DNA of 64,000 nucleotides from an uncultured Eubacteriales bacterium (GCA_963632615.1 CAVGVF010000001.1:72636-136635); one strand, 5' to 3'; positions 1 to 10,875 are shown, numbered from the stretch's first letter. Notes: generated from the sequence alone by a model not told the origin. Made by a program: numbers and translations.

Positions 1-886
1 AAGCGATTCGCAATATACCGGCGCTCAAGGCGTACCGGAAGACTTAGTTAATGCCCTAAAAAAACAATTCGGCTTTGATAAACCTTGGTACTACCGCTAC
101 GGAAAAATGCTCAAAGACTATTTATGCTTTGATTTCGGCAAAAGCTACTACCGCGATAAAACCATTATAGAGCTGATAAAAGAACGCCTGCCGGTTTCGG
201 TTTCGCTCGGATTGTGGTCTACGCTGATTATTTATTTAATCGCCATTCCTTTAGGCATCAAAAAAGCCCGCTACGATGGCTCAAAATTCGACACCGCCAC
301 TTCATTTTTAGTCATTGTCGGCTCGGCCATGCCGGTATTTTTGCTGGCGGTGTTTTTTATTGTCTTTTTTGCCGGCGGAATATACTGGCAATGGTTTCCG
401 CTCCGCGGCCTAACTTCCGAAAACTGGAATACCTTGGACTTATTCCATAAAATTACCGACTATTTCTGGCATATTGCCTTGCCGGTTTTGACTATGGTAA
501 TCGGCGGATTCGCAAGTTTAACCATGCTTACAAAAAACTCATTCTTGGATGAAATTAACAAACAGTACGTTTTGACTGCCCGCGCTAAAGGAGCTTCCGA
601 AAATCGGATTTTATACGGCCATGTTTTCCGCAATGCCATGCTGATTATTATTGCCGGTTTTCCGGCGCTGCTTATTAAAATGCTTTTTACCGGCTCGCTT
701 TTGATTGAAGTGATTTTTTCGCTGAACGGCTTGGGACTGCTTGGCTATGAGGCCATTACAACCCGCGACTATCCGGTAGTTTTCGGCACATTATATGTCT
801 TCGGACTGCTCGGACTGGTTCTGAAATTGGTAAGCGATTTAACCTATTCTTGGGTAGATCCGCGTATAAATTTTGATAAAAACTAA
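1..886 (+). CDS. ABC transporter permease, OppB/DppB/YejB family (5' end outside window)
   Basis: Frame is open back to position 2. Polytopic membrane protein with the conserved C-terminal SWVDPRI motif of binding-protein-dependent permeases. The track start at 107 is internal. Confidence 0.7.
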   Translation, partial: SDSQYTGAQGVPEDLVNALKKQFGFDKPWYYRYGKMLKDYLCFDFGKSYYRDKTIIELIKERLPVSVSLGLWSTLIIYLIAIPLGIKKARYDGSKFDTATSFLVIVGSAMPVFLLAVFFIVFFAGGIYWQWFPLRGLTSENWNTLDLFHKITDYFWHIALPVLTMVIGGFASLTMLTKNSFLDEINKQYVLTARAKGASENRILYGHVFRNAMLIIIAGFPALLIKMLFTGSLLIEVIFSLNGLGLLGYEAITTRDYPVVFGTLYVFGLLGLVLKLVSDLTYSWVDPRINFDKN

Positions 887-1851
887 AGTTTAGCAATAAG
901 CTCCGCCGCTTCTGCCGCCGCATTCAGGCTCTTTTTCGGCTTAAAATCCGCAGCCTGCTCAGAATCCAGCATAACCGCACAGCCGGTATCGCACAAAGAC
1001 TGTACAAACCGCAGATGTTTCGGCGTCAGCCAATTTTCGCCGGTAAATAAATAAATCGGTTTGCCGGTGCCTGTCGCTTCGCAGCACATGGAAACAGAAT
1101 CTCCTGTTACGATAATATTATCGGCGCAAGCCAAAAAACCGCTGTAAGGATTCTCCGAGGTATCGCCCCACAAATAAGCAAACTGCGGAATATCTTTCAG
1201 CTGCTCCATAATTATTTTTTCCGGTTCGGCTCCGGTACGCCGCGACGTGGTAATAAGCAAAGATCCTCCTGTTTTTTGCTTGAATTTTTTCACAGCCTGC
1301 CCCAAAGCCAAGGCATTGTCATCAGAAAAAGCCTTGCCTTTAATAGCGCCGCCGATAATCAAAGCGGTTATCGGTTTAGGCAGATTGGCAAATTTTTCAG
1401 CCCATTTATTTTTTGCCTCTGCCAAATACTGCGGTGTAACCCGATGCGGGCAGCCGACAATATAATGTATATTGTCCGCAGCTTCTTTATTTTTATCATG
1501 TTCCGGTACAATAACCAAATCAAATTCTTTCAGACCGGTGTGCCCCGGGTGCATAAGCTGTATCAGCTTAGTCTGCGGATTCTGCTTTTTAATATAGCGG
1601 GCAACCGGAGCCGTACGGCGGCTTATGGATAAAACATAATCCGGCCACGGTGCCGAAATTTCTTTTTTACTTGCTTCATCCAGCCCCACAAGAGTACGTC
1701 CGCGCAGCCAGTTCGGCAAACCCGAAAATTTATTATAAACCAATTTTTTTTCAATAACCTCAATATGTTCCGGCAAAGCGTCAATCACGCCTTGTGCCTG
1801 TCCGACGCTGCCGCGGCGGTTATCAAATAAAGCCCAAAGAATTTTTTTCAT
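883..1851 (-). CDS. ELM1/DUF1022-family protein (glycosyltransferase-like)
   Basis: 322 aa. Its N-terminal and central segments are recognised from memory as the ELM1-like family common in alphaproteobacteria. Overlaps the upstream permease stop by 4 nt. Confidence 0.45.
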   Translation of the reverse strand: MKKILWALFDNRRGSVGQAQGVIDALPEHIEVIEKKLVYNKFSGLPNWLRGRTLVGLDEASKKEISAPWPDYVLSISRRTAPVARYIKKQNPQTKLIQLMHPGHTGLKEFDLVIVPEHDKNKEAADNIHYIVGCPHRVTPQYLAEAKNKWAEKFANLPKPITALIIGGAIKGKAFSDDNALALGQAVKKFKQKTGGSLLITTSRRTGAEPEKIIMEQLKDIPQFAYLWGDTSENPYSGFLACADNIIVTGDSVSMCCEATGTGKPIYLFTGENWLTPKHLRFVQSLCDTGCAVMLDSEQAADFKPKKSLNAAAEAAELIAKL

Positions 1852-1936
1852 ATTTATATCCGCAAAATATTTTTGAATTTTATTTACTATATGCTATATC
1901 AGAAAGATAGCAAGTTTTTTTTCAGGGAGACAGAAA

Positions 1937-2323
1937 ATGAAAATATTTTATTTTTTAGCCGGTTTAATTTTAGGTTTGGCGGTTTCTGCCCAGGCGCAAA
2001 TCAACAGCCAAAGAAGCGCCGAAGCCGAAGCCATGATGAACACTCCGATTATCAAATACAGCCGTAATATTCTGCTGAATTCAAGTGACGACAAAGTTGC
2101 CAGAAATCTGCTGGTCGTGCATGAAGTTTCAAGTTTCAAGATGGGCGATGAAAAATTAGCAAAAAGCTTTGATAAAGTGGAAAATAATAAAACCTATAAC
2201 AAAAAAATGGATAAAGCTTTTGCAAAATTAAGCAATGACAAACGGCGCAATCAAAAAAATGAACAGATTGTCAATATCTTAAACGAAACAGGCGAGAAGC
2301 TTTATAATATACTGACGGATTAA
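1937..2323 (+). CDS. secreted hypothetical protein
   Basis: N-terminal signal peptide MKIFYFLAGLILGLAVSAQA; remainder is a Lys-rich hydrophilic region. Confidence 0.4.
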   Translation: MKIFYFLAGLILGLAVSAQAQINSQRSAEAEAMMNTPIIKYSRNILLNSSDDKVARNLLVVHEVSSFKMGDEKLAKSFDKVENNKTYNKKMDKAFAKLSNDKRRNQKNEQIVNILNETGEKLYNILTD

Positions 2324-2393
2324 CACTTACTTAATATCTTTAGCTTATAATTTCCTTAATTAGACGGTGTAAATATCCGTAAAGTGAGGAAAT

Positions 2394-2714
2394 ATGAAAA
2401 AAATACTGATGCTGTGCCTGCTGGCTGCAATTTGTGTTTCTTGCCGCGCCAAACCGGTAACCGATGAAGAACCTGTTCCGGTCTATTCTTCGGATGCTGA
2501 GCGTTTTTACCGTAACATTGCCACCAAAGCGATGGGCGATGATTATGTTGTTTATGAATATGTGGATGTGCGTATTGACGATGTTGCCACCTTGGCTTCA
2601 AGATATTGTTTTGAAACAACTAACGGCAAAAAAGCTTATCTGCGCGACATTTATATGTATAAAAACCATAAGAGAAGAGCAACTTTTGACTGCGTCGACC
2701 TTGCAGCAGAATAG
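2394..2714 (+). CDS. secreted/lipoprotein-like hypothetical protein
   Basis: Signal peptide with Cys (MKKILMLCLLAAICVSC); RBS GAGGA upstream. Confidence 0.4.
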   Translation: MKKILMLCLLAAICVSCRAKPVTDEEPVPVYSSDAERFYRNIATKAMGDDYVVYEYVDVRIDDVATLASRYCFETTNGKKAYLRDIYMYKNHKRRATFDCVDLAAE

Positions 2715-2753
2715 TTTTATCCCTATATAAAATCTTAGGGAGAATAATAAAAT

Positions 2754-3698
2754 ATGAGCAGAAATTTATATGATGTTTTAGGTGTTGGCAAAACAGCTTC
2801 TGAAGCTGAAATCAAGTCGGCTTACCGTAAATTAGCGCGCAAATATCATCCGGATTTGAATAAAGATGATAAAACCGCGGCTGATAAATTTAAAGAAGTT
2901 TCAAATGCCTATGATATTATCGGCAATGCCGAAAAACGTAAAAAATACGACAATAATGAAATAGATGAAGAAGGAAAGCCTACCGGTTTCGGAGCCGGAT
3001 TCGGCGGAGCTCAAGGCGGTTTCAGAGGCTATCAAAGCTATGGCGGCAACCCGTTCAGCGGATTTTCAAGCCGAAGCTTTAACGGCGGAACACAGGGCGG
3101 TTTTGATTTTTCATCCATTTTCGGAGACGATATTTTTTCACAGTTCGGCGGTGCTCAAGGCGGTTTCAGACAGCGCACGGCGCCTCAGCGCGGGCAGGAT
3201 GTCGCTTATAATATGAGAGTTGACTTTTTGGACGCGGCCAAAGGTGTTGAAAAGCAAATAAGCTTAAACGGCAAAAACATAAACGTAAAAATTCCGGCCG
3301 GTATGCAAAGCGGCCAGACCATGCGCCTGAAAGGCCTTGGCAATGTCGGCTTGAACGGCGGCGAAAACGGCGATGTTTTAATAACCGTAAATGTCAATGA
3401 ACATCCGTATTTTAAAGCAGACGGCTTAAATATTTTATTAGATTTGCCGATTTCGGTAAAAGAGGCTATCAGCGGCGCTAAAATCACCGTTCCTACCATC
3501 AACGGCAAAGTTGCGGTAACTGTTCCGGCCTTTTCTTCCAGCGGCGAAAAACTGCGTCTGAAAGGCTTAGGCATAAAATCTAAAACCGGACAAGGCGATG
3601 AAATAGTCAATTTGCAAATTGTTTTACCAAAAGTAAAATCCGATAACTTAGCTGAAGCCGCCGAAAAAATGGAAAATTACGCAGTTAGGAGCTTTTAA
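2754..3698 (+). CDS. cbpA: DnaJ-class co-chaperone without zinc finger (CbpA-like)
   Basis: J domain with HPD motif (YDVLGV...[10 protein letters not shown]), a G/F-rich linker and a DnaJ C-terminal domain, but no CxxCxGxG repeats. Confidence 0.7.
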   Translation: MSRNLYDVLGVGKTASEAEIKSAYRKLARKYHPDLNKDDKTAADKFKEVSNAYDIIGNAEKRKKYDNNEIDEEGKPTGFGAGFGGAQGGFRGYQSYGGNPFSGFSSRSFNGGTQGGFDFSSIFGDDIFSQFGGAQGGFRQRTAPQRGQDVAYNMRVDFLDAAKGVEKQISLNGKNINVKIPAGMQSGQTMRLKGLGNVGLNGGENGDVLITVNVNEHPYFKADGLNILLDLPISVKEAISGAKITVPTINGKVAVTVPAFSSSGEKLRLKGLGIKSKTGQGDEIVNLQIVLPKVKSDNLAEAAEKMENYAVRSF

Positions 3699-4261
3699 TG
3701 CTTTTAGAAAGCCTGAAACAGTTTGATTGGATGAATGAACCGGCAAATGTCCGCTTTGATGAAAAAGGCATGAACGTTATCGCCAAATACCGCACGGATT
3801 TTTGGTGCTGCGCCCGTTACGATTTCCGCAAAGATGACGGTCATTTTTTCTTTAGCTATGTTTTAGGCGATTTTTGCTGTGATTTGAACTGGGAATTCAG
3901 CGATGCCGGACTGTTTAACCAGTGCGGAATTATGCTGCGCACCGATGTCAATAACTGGTTCAAATGTTCCATTATGTATGAAAAAGAAGATGCTCCGCTG
4001 CTTGCCACGTCTTTAACCGTTGACGGCTATTCGGATTTGGCAACCATTCCGCTGCCGGCCGGCGTAAAACGAGTCTGGTACCGCCTGAAAAAATACAAAG
4101 GCTGCTATATTGCCAGTTATTCTTTGGACGGCACAGACTACATTCAGCTGCGCAAGTTTTATCTGGTGCATGAAGTTGACGATGTCAAAGTCGGCGCTTA
4201 TATATGCTCGCCGCAAAAAGAAGATTTTACCGCAACTCTGCATGAGATAAAACTGTACTGA
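3698..4261 (+). CDS. hypothetical protein (possibly DUF1349-like), translationally coupled to cbpA-like gene
   Basis: Its ATG overlaps the cbpA-like stop (TAATG). 187 aa, begins with W..NEP. Confidence 0.35.
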   Translation: MLLESLKQFDWMNEPANVRFDEKGMNVIAKYRTDFWCCARYDFRKDDGHFFFSYVLGDFCCDLNWEFSDAGLFNQCGIMLRTDVNNWFKCSIMYEKEDAPLLATSLTVDGYSDLATIPLPAGVKRVWYRLKKYKGCYIASYSLDGTDYIQLRKFYLVHEVDDVKVGAYICSPQKEDFTATLHEIKLY

Positions 4262-4476
4262 AATTTTTATTCATCCGATGTTAATTTCGTTTTTTAAAAC
4301 CAAATCTACAACCATTATCAAGTGCATCATAAATCAAATTAACCATAACCGATTCGCCGCTACTTAATATATTTACTCAGACTACCTACAAATAAGCTAA
4401 AAAATTTTATAAAAAAAACTCTTGACCTTGAGTACACTCTAAGGATTAAATAACTAAATATAAGGAGGATAAAGAT

Positions 4477-5019
4477 ATGAGTAAAAAAATTTTGATTATT
4501 TCCGGAAGTCCGCGGATACACGGCAATTCAGATATTCTGTGCGATGAATTTAAGCGCGGCGCCTTGGAAGCCGGACATGAAGTAGAAAAAATAAATCTCG
4601 GTACCAAAAAAATAAACTACTGTTTGGGATGCGGGGTTTGCAACGCTACCGGCAAATGCGTGCAAAAAGACGATATGGCTGAAATTTTGCAAAAAATGGT
4701 TGAAGCAGACGTAATCGTTTTGGCTTCTCCGGTATATTTTTATGCCATGAACGGACAAATGAAAACATTTATAGACCGCACGGTTCCGCAATATACTAAA
4801 ATCTCTGACAAAGATTTTTACTTTATCATTACCGCTGCCGATACAATGCAGAAACACATGGGTAAAGTTATTGAAGGCTTCCGCGGTTTTACCGCAGACT
4901 GCTTGGACAATGCCCATGAAAAAGGTATTGTTTACGGCTTAGGAGCATGGCAGAAAGGCGAAATTGAACACAATCAAGAAGCAATGCTGCAAGCCTATGA
5001 ATTTGGCAAAAACGCCTAA
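4477..5019 (+). CDS. NADPH-dependent FMN reductase / iron-sulfur flavoprotein family
   Basis: Flavodoxin-like N-terminus ILIISGSPR and a Cys cluster CLGCGVCNATGKC; strong RBS AAGGAGG. Confidence 0.6.
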   Translation: MSKKILIISGSPRIHGNSDILCDEFKRGALEAGHEVEKINLGTKKINYCLGCGVCNATGKCVQKDDMAEILQKMVEADVIVLASPVYFYAMNGQMKTFIDRTVPQYTKISDKDFYFIITAADTMQKHMGKVIEGFRGFTADCLDNAHEKGIVYGLGAWQKGEIEHNQEAMLQAYEFGKNA

Positions 5020-5043
5020 TAAATCAACCATACACAAAGTTAA

Positions 5044-5076
5044 AGCCGCTCTTATCAAATAAGAACGGCTTTTTTC
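5044..5076. terminator. bidirectional intrinsic terminator between convergent genes
   Basis: Stem-loop agccgctcttatcaaataagaacggct followed by a T-run. Confidence 0.6.
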
Positions 5077-5077
5077 T

Positions 5078-5662
5078 TTAATCAATCTTTTCAAAATTTC
5101 CGCTTTCCGTATCATACTGCAAATGCAAAACTGCGCAATTATCAAAGCTGACATTTTTCAACTTATAACCGCATTGCAAAGCACTGATAACACCGGCATG
5201 ACAAACCACGCCAACCGTATTTTCCGGAGCTGCGGCAATTTGGCGCAGACAGGAATCTACACGGCAAAAAGCATCATGTTTACATTCTCCTTTAGGAAAA
5301 TGCCAATACCAAGTTTGCTGATTAGGATTCAAAAGCTGCTGTTCAAACTCTTGACCATAAGTTTTTCTAACCTCATCAAAAGTCAAACCTTCGGCCGCTC
5401 CAAAATAAACTTCACGCAAATTAGGCATAACATTCAAAGGCAGATTGCTGTTTTTAGCAATAAACTCTGCTGTTTGTTTAGCGCGTGTCAATGATGAGCA
5501 ATAGATTTTTTGCAAACCAAGGTTTTTAACTTTAAAAGCTAAAGTTTTCGCTTGTTGTTTACCTGTTTCATTCAAAGCATCATCACAGCCTGAACCTTGC
5601 CATTTTTGAGCCAGATTTTTATCAGTCTGACCATGGCGGAATATAAAGATATTCTTCTTCAT
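5078..5662 (-). CDS. histidine phosphatase (phosphoglycerate mutase family)
   Basis: N-terminal catalytic motif IFRHGQT (RHG); 194 aa. Confidence 0.7.
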   Translation of the reverse strand: MKKNIFIFRHGQTDKNLAQKWQGSGCDDALNETGKQQAKTLAFKVKNLGLQKIYCSSLTRAKQTAEFIAKNSNLPLNVMPNLREVYFGAAEGLTFDEVRKTYGQEFEQQLLNPNQQTWYWHFPKGECKHDAFCRVDSCLRQIAAAPENTVGVVCHAGVISALQCGYKLKNVSFDNCAVLHLQYDTESGNFEKID

Positions 5663-5769
5663 AGATATATGTAAATAATTTTTTTGTAGATTTTATTATA
5701 CGGCTTTATTTAATATATTTCAACAAAAAAACACCCGATTCATAATTGAACCGAGCGTTTGAAAAATTT

Positions 5770-6138
5770 TCAGAACAAAGCTATTTCCGCTTCTTCCAAA
5801 GATAATCCATCCTTATCCAAAGGAGCTGACCAAGTCCACAAATTCATGTGATGTGTCAAGCTATGGCAATATTCCGATGGAGAATAACTTCCGCCGAAAG
5901 CATTAAACAATGCAGCGGCATGTTCTTTAGTTCCGACAAAATAAGGATTCTTATCCAATGTCAAAACCTCAAACTCCAAACCGATAGACTGTGAACGGCT
6001 GAAAACCACATCGCGCAAAACACAGCCTGTACTTCCGCTGACAAAGAAAACAGCTCCTACATTGTCTACTTTGCGGAAAATCTTCTCCAAAGCTGTTTTA
6101 ACTAAGGATATTCTTTCCTTTTTAGTCTGTAAATCCAT
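5770..6138 (-). CDS. hypothetical protein
   Basis: 122-aa ORF with plausible coding composition; no family recognised. Confidence 0.3.
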   Translation of the reverse strand: MDLQTKKERISLVKTALEKIFRKVDNVGAVFFVSGSTGCVLRDVVFSRSQSIGLEFEVLTLDKNPYFVGTKEHAAALFNAFGGSYSPSEYCHSLTHHMNLWTWSAPLDKDGLSLEEAEIALF

Positions 6139-6317
6139 AATAAATAAGATTTAGTGAAACAAAAAAATTAACATCAAAATTAAAATACGATTATATTTTT
6201 AACATATTTCTTTCATTTTTGCAATATTTTTTGACAAAAAAACTGTTTAAAAAAATGCTTGACCTAGAGTAGGCTCTAAGAATTATTATTTATAACAAAG
6301 AAAGGATATTATATAAA

Positions 6318-7436
6318 ATGCGTATGTGGATTATACTTTTTGTTATTTTGATTTTTTCAACCCTTGCCGGCTTGGCCTATTTAACCAGCCGTGTGGCAAA
6401 ATTTGCGTTTCTGCTGAAAATGGCCGGCGATAACACAAAATTGCTTTATTTTATCAGCCTGATTGCTGTTTTAGCGGGTTTCGGCATTCTTTGCCTAAGC
6501 CTGAATTTAATGAACGCGGTTATAGTACTGCTGCATTTAATGATTTTTTGGCTGCTCAGCGACCTTGTTTTCGGGATTATCGAACATTATCAGCCGCAGC
6601 CTTTCCAGCACTACTACGCCGGAGCCGCTGCTTTGTTTTTGACTATAGCAGCTTTGGGAACAGGCTGGTTTCTTGACCACCATGTCTGGACAACTTATTA
6701 CACTCTGGAAACAGACAAGACAGATAAACCTCTGCGTATTGTGCAATTTGCGGATTCGCACATCGGCACAACTTTTGACGGAGATGGTTTTGCCAAATAT
6801 GTGGAATATATGCAAACTCTTAATCCGGACGCCGTAGTTATTGTCGGCGACTTTGTAGATGATGATACAATGCTTGAAGATATGAAAAAAGCCGCTCAAG
6901 CTTTAAGCAAGCTAAAAACAACTTACGGCGTTTATTTTGCTTTCGGCAACCACGATAAGGGCTATTACAGTCCGGAAAGGCGCGGCTATACCGGCACGGA
7001 TTTAATTAACGAACTGCAAAAAAACAGCGTTAAAGTTTTGCAGGACGAAGCTGTGCTTCTGGACAATAATTACTACATTGTCGGACGTAAAGACTTATCG
7101 GAATTTTACCGCGGCGGCAAACGTGAAAATATGGATACTTTGGTAAAAAATCTGGATAAAAGCAAATACATTGTCGTTTTAGACCATCAGCCGAATGACT
7201 ACAAAAGCCAAGCCGCCGAAGAAGTTGACTTGGTGCTTTCCGGACACACTCACGGCGGGCAGCTTTGGCCTCTGAATAAAGCCGGAGAATGGATGGGCGC
7301 CAACGACAAAACCTATGGCTACGAGCGCCGCAATTTGACTGATTTTATCGTAACTTCCGGAATTTCCGACTGGGCTATAAAATTCAAAACCGGTACAAAA
7401 TCAGAAATTGTGGTAATCGATATAAAAAATAAATAG
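6318..7436 (+). CDS. membrane-anchored metallophosphoesterase (calcineurin-like)
   Basis: 3-4 N-terminal transmembrane helices followed by the phosphoesterase motifs DSHIG, GDFVDD, GNHD and GHTHGG. Confidence 0.7.
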   Translation: MRMWIILFVILIFSTLAGLAYLTSRVAKFAFLLKMAGDNTKLLYFISLIAVLAGFGILCLSLNLMNAVIVLLHLMIFWLLSDLVFGIIEHYQPQPFQHYYAGAAALFLTIAALGTGWFLDHHVWTTYYTLETDKTDKPLRIVQFADSHIGTTFDGDGFAKYVEYMQTLNPDAVVIVGDFVDDDTMLEDMKKAAQALSKLKTTYGVYFAFGNHDKGYYSPERRGYTGTDLINELQKNSVKVLQDEAVLLDNNYYIVGRKDLSEFYRGGKRENMDTLVKNLDKSKYIVVLDHQPNDYKSQAAEEVDLVLSGHTHGGQLWPLNKAGEWMGANDKTYGYERRNLTDFIVTSGISDWAIKFKTGTKSEIVVIDIKNK

Positions 7437-7447
7437 ATTCAAAAAAA

Positions 7448-7477
7448 ATCCTTGGTTATACACCAAGGATTTTTTTA
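7448..7477. terminator. intrinsic terminator
   Basis: atccttggttatacaccaaggat hairpin followed by a T-run. Confidence 0.6.
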
Positions 7478-7490
7478 TAGAGATGATAAG

Positions 7491-7832
7491 CTACTTAACT
7501 TCAACATCCAATTCTGTTGGAACGTCTTCAACAATAGCCATTGCTTCTGCTGTCTTGCCTATATCTATTCCGCAAAGGTTTCCGTCTCTTTTGAGCCAAT
7601 CTGCAACAGTATTATTAAAGCGTGTGCAGACATTCTCAAAAGCAGGATAACCTCGTTTTGTGTAATAGTCTTTAACATTATCGGCTAAAGACTTACTCTC
7701 ATCGTATACATAGTCAACTGCATTCCTTAGAATGTGTGACACTTTGTCATAGTTATCAATAGGATCTATTCTATTGATAATACGACCAGTAGCAACAGAA
7801 ACACTCATCCTAATTTCTAAAATCTCCGTCAT
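7491..7832 (-). CDS. hypothetical protein
   Basis: 113-aa ORF, divergent from the HExxH protein gene. Surrounded by very AT-rich DNA. Confidence 0.3.
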   Translation of the reverse strand: MTEILEIRMSVSVATGRIINRIDPIDNYDKVSHILRNAVDYVYDESKSLADNVKDYYTKRGYPAFENVCTRFNNTVADWLKRDGNLCGIDIGKTAEAMAIVEDVPTELDVEVK

Positions 7833-8039
7833 AATCTAAAATATTAAGGGTAAATAAAATAAATTAACTCAATAAACATAAGTAAAATAGATATTTCCTC
7901 AAAAAAAGAAAACAACGAAAATTACAAAACATAATTTCAACTATAATACTTATATTAAACAATTTCAGTATAACGTATTTTTAGCTAAATGACAATATTA
8001 TTTGTTTATTTTTAGTCAAAAAAGTGCTAGTATGCAGTT

Positions 8040-9134
8040 ATGATAAGCAAAGAAGAATATAAATGGTTGGAACACCATACGGATATTTTGAACAATGTGC
8101 CTGATATAAACGATTACGCACAGCAAAATATTAAGTTTAAAGTATATCGCCCCGGCCATGTTCAAAAAATCAAAAATATCTTCAAAGAATATCAGTGTAT
8201 CAGCGGCCAAAACAAAAATGATATATGGGTAAAAGTCAAAGGCTTAACTATTGATGATTTTAACGACATTGCCGGCCGCTGCTCGGCGGATTTGATTTAT
8301 GATATGTCGGCGCATGATATAAACTATATCCCTATGAATAAAAAACATAATTACAAAATCATACGCCGTTCCACCGCTAAACTGCTTTCAAATTTAAACA
8401 ACCGTAAAAAGCTGGATATTTTATTTTCTTTTGCACAAGGAATTTTTACTTCTGACAAAAAATATAAACGCCAGTTTGACTTTATTGAGCAAAACAGCAA
8501 CAAATTTATTGCTTTGCTTCAGCTTAAAATCAACAAAGATTTTATGCGCCAAGAATATAAAAAAGTTAATAAAATAACCGAACAAATAACAGCTCTTCCG
8601 AATATTCGAAAGAAATTGGAGAATTTTGCCTTATTGCCTAAAACTGAACAATTCAGCCTTTTGAAAGAAACCAGTCGCATTACCGCTGAAGTGAACGGCG
8701 TAACACCGCCAAACATTCATTTTATTACAAATAAACAGGCTCATAAGGATTCCAAGATTGCAGAATGGGTGCAAACCGATGCTTACGCCGGTTTTCATGA
8801 TATTTACATCAACAAAGATTTATTAAAATCATACAGCGGTATAGAAGCCTTGTCTTTGGCTTTTCATGAAACCACGCATATTGCTCAATCTAATTCTGAT
8901 TATTCTGAATTTCCGGAAATTGAAGAGATGTTCAGCCACCGTTTAGACTATCTGCAAAACCATGCCGATACCTATACAGCCATACCGATGGAAATGGTAA
9001 CTTATAACCTGGAGCAGGAATTTTGCGAACAGCTTGACAGCAAATTAAATATGAAAATGCACGATTACGAGTATGAAACCGAATATAATAATGCGCAGCA
9101 ATATATGATTAAAGCCTTGCGCCGCTCCCGCTAA
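8040..9134 (+). CDS. hypothetical protein with HExxH zincin-like motif (DUF4157-like signature HETTHIAQ)
   Basis: Motif LAFHETTHIAQ followed by an acidic segment (EFPEIEEMF) that could supply the third ligand. No signal peptide. Upstream flank 7840-8040 is very low GC. Confidence 0.45.
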   Translation: MISKEEYKWLEHHTDILNNVPDINDYAQQNIKFKVYRPGHVQKIKNIFKEYQCISGQNKNDIWVKVKGLTIDDFNDIAGRCSADLIYDMSAHDINYIPMNKKHNYKIIRRSTAKLLSNLNNRKKLDILFSFAQGIFTSDKKYKRQFDFIEQNSNKFIALLQLKINKDFMRQEYKKVNKITEQITALPNIRKKLENFALLPKTEQFSLLKETSRITAEVNGVTPPNIHFITNKQAHKDSKIAEWVQTDAYAGFHDIYINKDLLKSYSGIEALSLAFHETTHIAQSNSDYSEFPEIEEMFSHRLDYLQNHADTYTAIPMEMVTYNLEQEFCEQLDSKLNMKMHDYEYETEYNNAQQYMIKALRRSR

Positions 9135-9667
9135 ACTTCTTTATTGCGGCGCAGCAAAATATACAAGGCTCCGCTCCCGCCCATTTTTTCTGACGGATGC
9201 TTATAAATCAAAATCATTGCCCTGAGGCGCGCCATATTCAGCCATTGCGGCACTTGCTTGCGCAAAACGCCTTTAGCGGCAAAAATATCTTCATCGGGAT
9301 GAACGCGTATTCCTTTGCCGGTAATAATCATCACACAGCGCCGGCCTAAAGCGTAACTTTGCGGAATAAAGCTGTCTACTTTGGCAAAAGCCTCATCCTC
9401 TGTCAGTCCATGCAAATCCAAAACCGCTTCAACTCTAAACTCTTCGCGTTTGAATTTACGCAGAGTTGACTTGTCTATTCCGCCGTTTTCAAAATCGTCT
9501 AAAAACTTGGAATAGGTAGAAAATTCCTGCTTTATGGCATAATACGTTTTTTCTTTTGGCGCAATCGGACGGGGTTTAGCAACAGATACAACCTGATTTG
9601 ACGCCGTTTTTTTAATATCATTAACCGCGTCCAGCCAAAATTCTTCATCTTCGCTTTGCTGGGTCAT
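9131..9667 (-). CDS. Smr domain protein
   Basis: C-terminal Smr signature LDLHGLT...; 178 aa. Confidence 0.55.
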   Translation of the reverse strand: MTQQSEDEEFWLDAVNDIKKTASNQVVSVAKPRPIAPKEKTYYAIKQEFSTYSKFLDDFENGGIDKSTLRKFKREEFRVEAVLDLHGLTEDEAFAKVDSFIPQSYALGRRCVMIITGKGIRVHPDEDIFAAKGVLRKQVPQWLNMARLRAMILIYKHPSEKMGGSGALYILLRRNKEV

Positions 9668-10875
9668 CAGTTCGCCTTCGGAGCAGAATATTTAGGAGCC
9701 AGCAAGTAATATTTACCGGCAGAATTCATCCGTCCGGCCTCAGCCAAAGCCTCTTCGCCGTGCCCCCAAAAATAGTCGCCGCGCACCACGCCCTTAATTG
9801 CGCTGCCGATATCTTGCGCAAACACAACTTTTTCTATTTTGCCGTTATCCGGATTTACCGTATCCAGCCACAGCATTGCTCCCAGCGGTATAAAACGATT
9901 ATCCACCGCCATGCTGCGCCCGGCGGTTAAAGATAAGCCGTAAGCCCCGACCGGACCATCAGCGTCTACCACCCGCTGAAAAATAAAACGTTCGTTTTCC
10001 GCCATAACTTCGGCTGCTTTCTGAGGATTTTTACGCAGCCACTCGCGGATTTTTGTCATAGAAGCTTCACTCGGCTTAATCAAGCCTTTTTGCAGCAAAA
10101 TAGAGCCGATTCCTTTAAATTTGCGCCCATTGCTGTCGGCAAAACCGATTCTCAATTCCGAACCGTCTTCCATAATGGCAATCGCCGAACCTTGAATCTG
10201 CATAAAATGAATATCCACCAAATCATCGCCCCACATCAAAACCGGAGCTTTGACGCCGTTTTGTTCAATTTGCCGGCGGTTATAGTATGGAATAAACTTG
10301 CTGCCTTCCACTCTGCCGACTAAACGGGTATTCGGCAGCGAACTGTCAAAATCTTTCAAATTTATTTCAATCAAATCATTCGGCTTGCCGTAAATCGGAA
10401 ATCTGTATTTAGCGCTTTTTTCAAAAGAAGCATGAATTGTCGCTTCATAATAAGAAGTAAACTTGCCTGTTGCATTGCCGTCCGCCGAAACTTCATACGG
10501 CGTAAATTCGCTTTCCAAAAATTTTTTCATCTGTGCGCCGCTGTTTATTCCGGCATCAGCAAATTTTTTGCAGGCTTTTCGATAATCCGCAGTTTTGATT
10601 TTTATGGACGAATTGTATAAATAGGTATTTTTATTTTTTAAAACATTTTGGCAGTTCTTGGCAAAAACCGGAATAACCTCGCCGAAATCATCTTGATTCC
10701 AGCCGGACAGCTGCGAAAAGCTTACCTTTTTTAACACAGCATTGCTTTCTTCTGCTGACGGGACACCGGATTCCTCTCTAAAACATCCGTTCAGCAGCAA
10801 CACCAAAGCCAAAGATAAAACAAAATTAAGCTGTTTTTTTAGTGGAAACCAGCACCCAATTATTGTTTTTTGCAT
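9667..10875 (-). CDS. mltA: membrane-bound lytic murein transglycosylase A
   Basis: Lipoprotein signal (LLLNGC); MltA-like length and C-terminal 3D-domain-like region. Conserved mltA / tim44-like / secB neighbourhood. Confidence 0.65.
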   Translation of the reverse strand: MQKTIIGCWFPLKKQLNFVLSLALVLLLNGCFREESGVPSAEESNAVLKKVSFSQLSGWNQDDFGEVIPVFAKNCQNVLKNKNTYLYNSSIKIKTADYRKACKKFADAGINSGAQMKKFLESEFTPYEVSADGNATGKFTSYYEATIHASFEKSAKYRFPIYGKPNDLIEINLKDFDSSLPNTRLVGRVEGSKFIPYYNRRQIEQNGVKAPVLMWGDDLVDIHFMQIQGSAIAIMEDGSELRIGFADSNGRKFKGIGSILLQKGLIKPSEASMTKIREWLRKNPQKAAEVMAENERFIFQRVVDADGPVGAYGLSLTAGRSMAVDNRFIPLGAMLWLDTVNPDNGKIEKVVFAQDIGSAIKGVVRGDYFWGHGEEALAEAGRMNSAGKYYLLAPKYSAPKAN

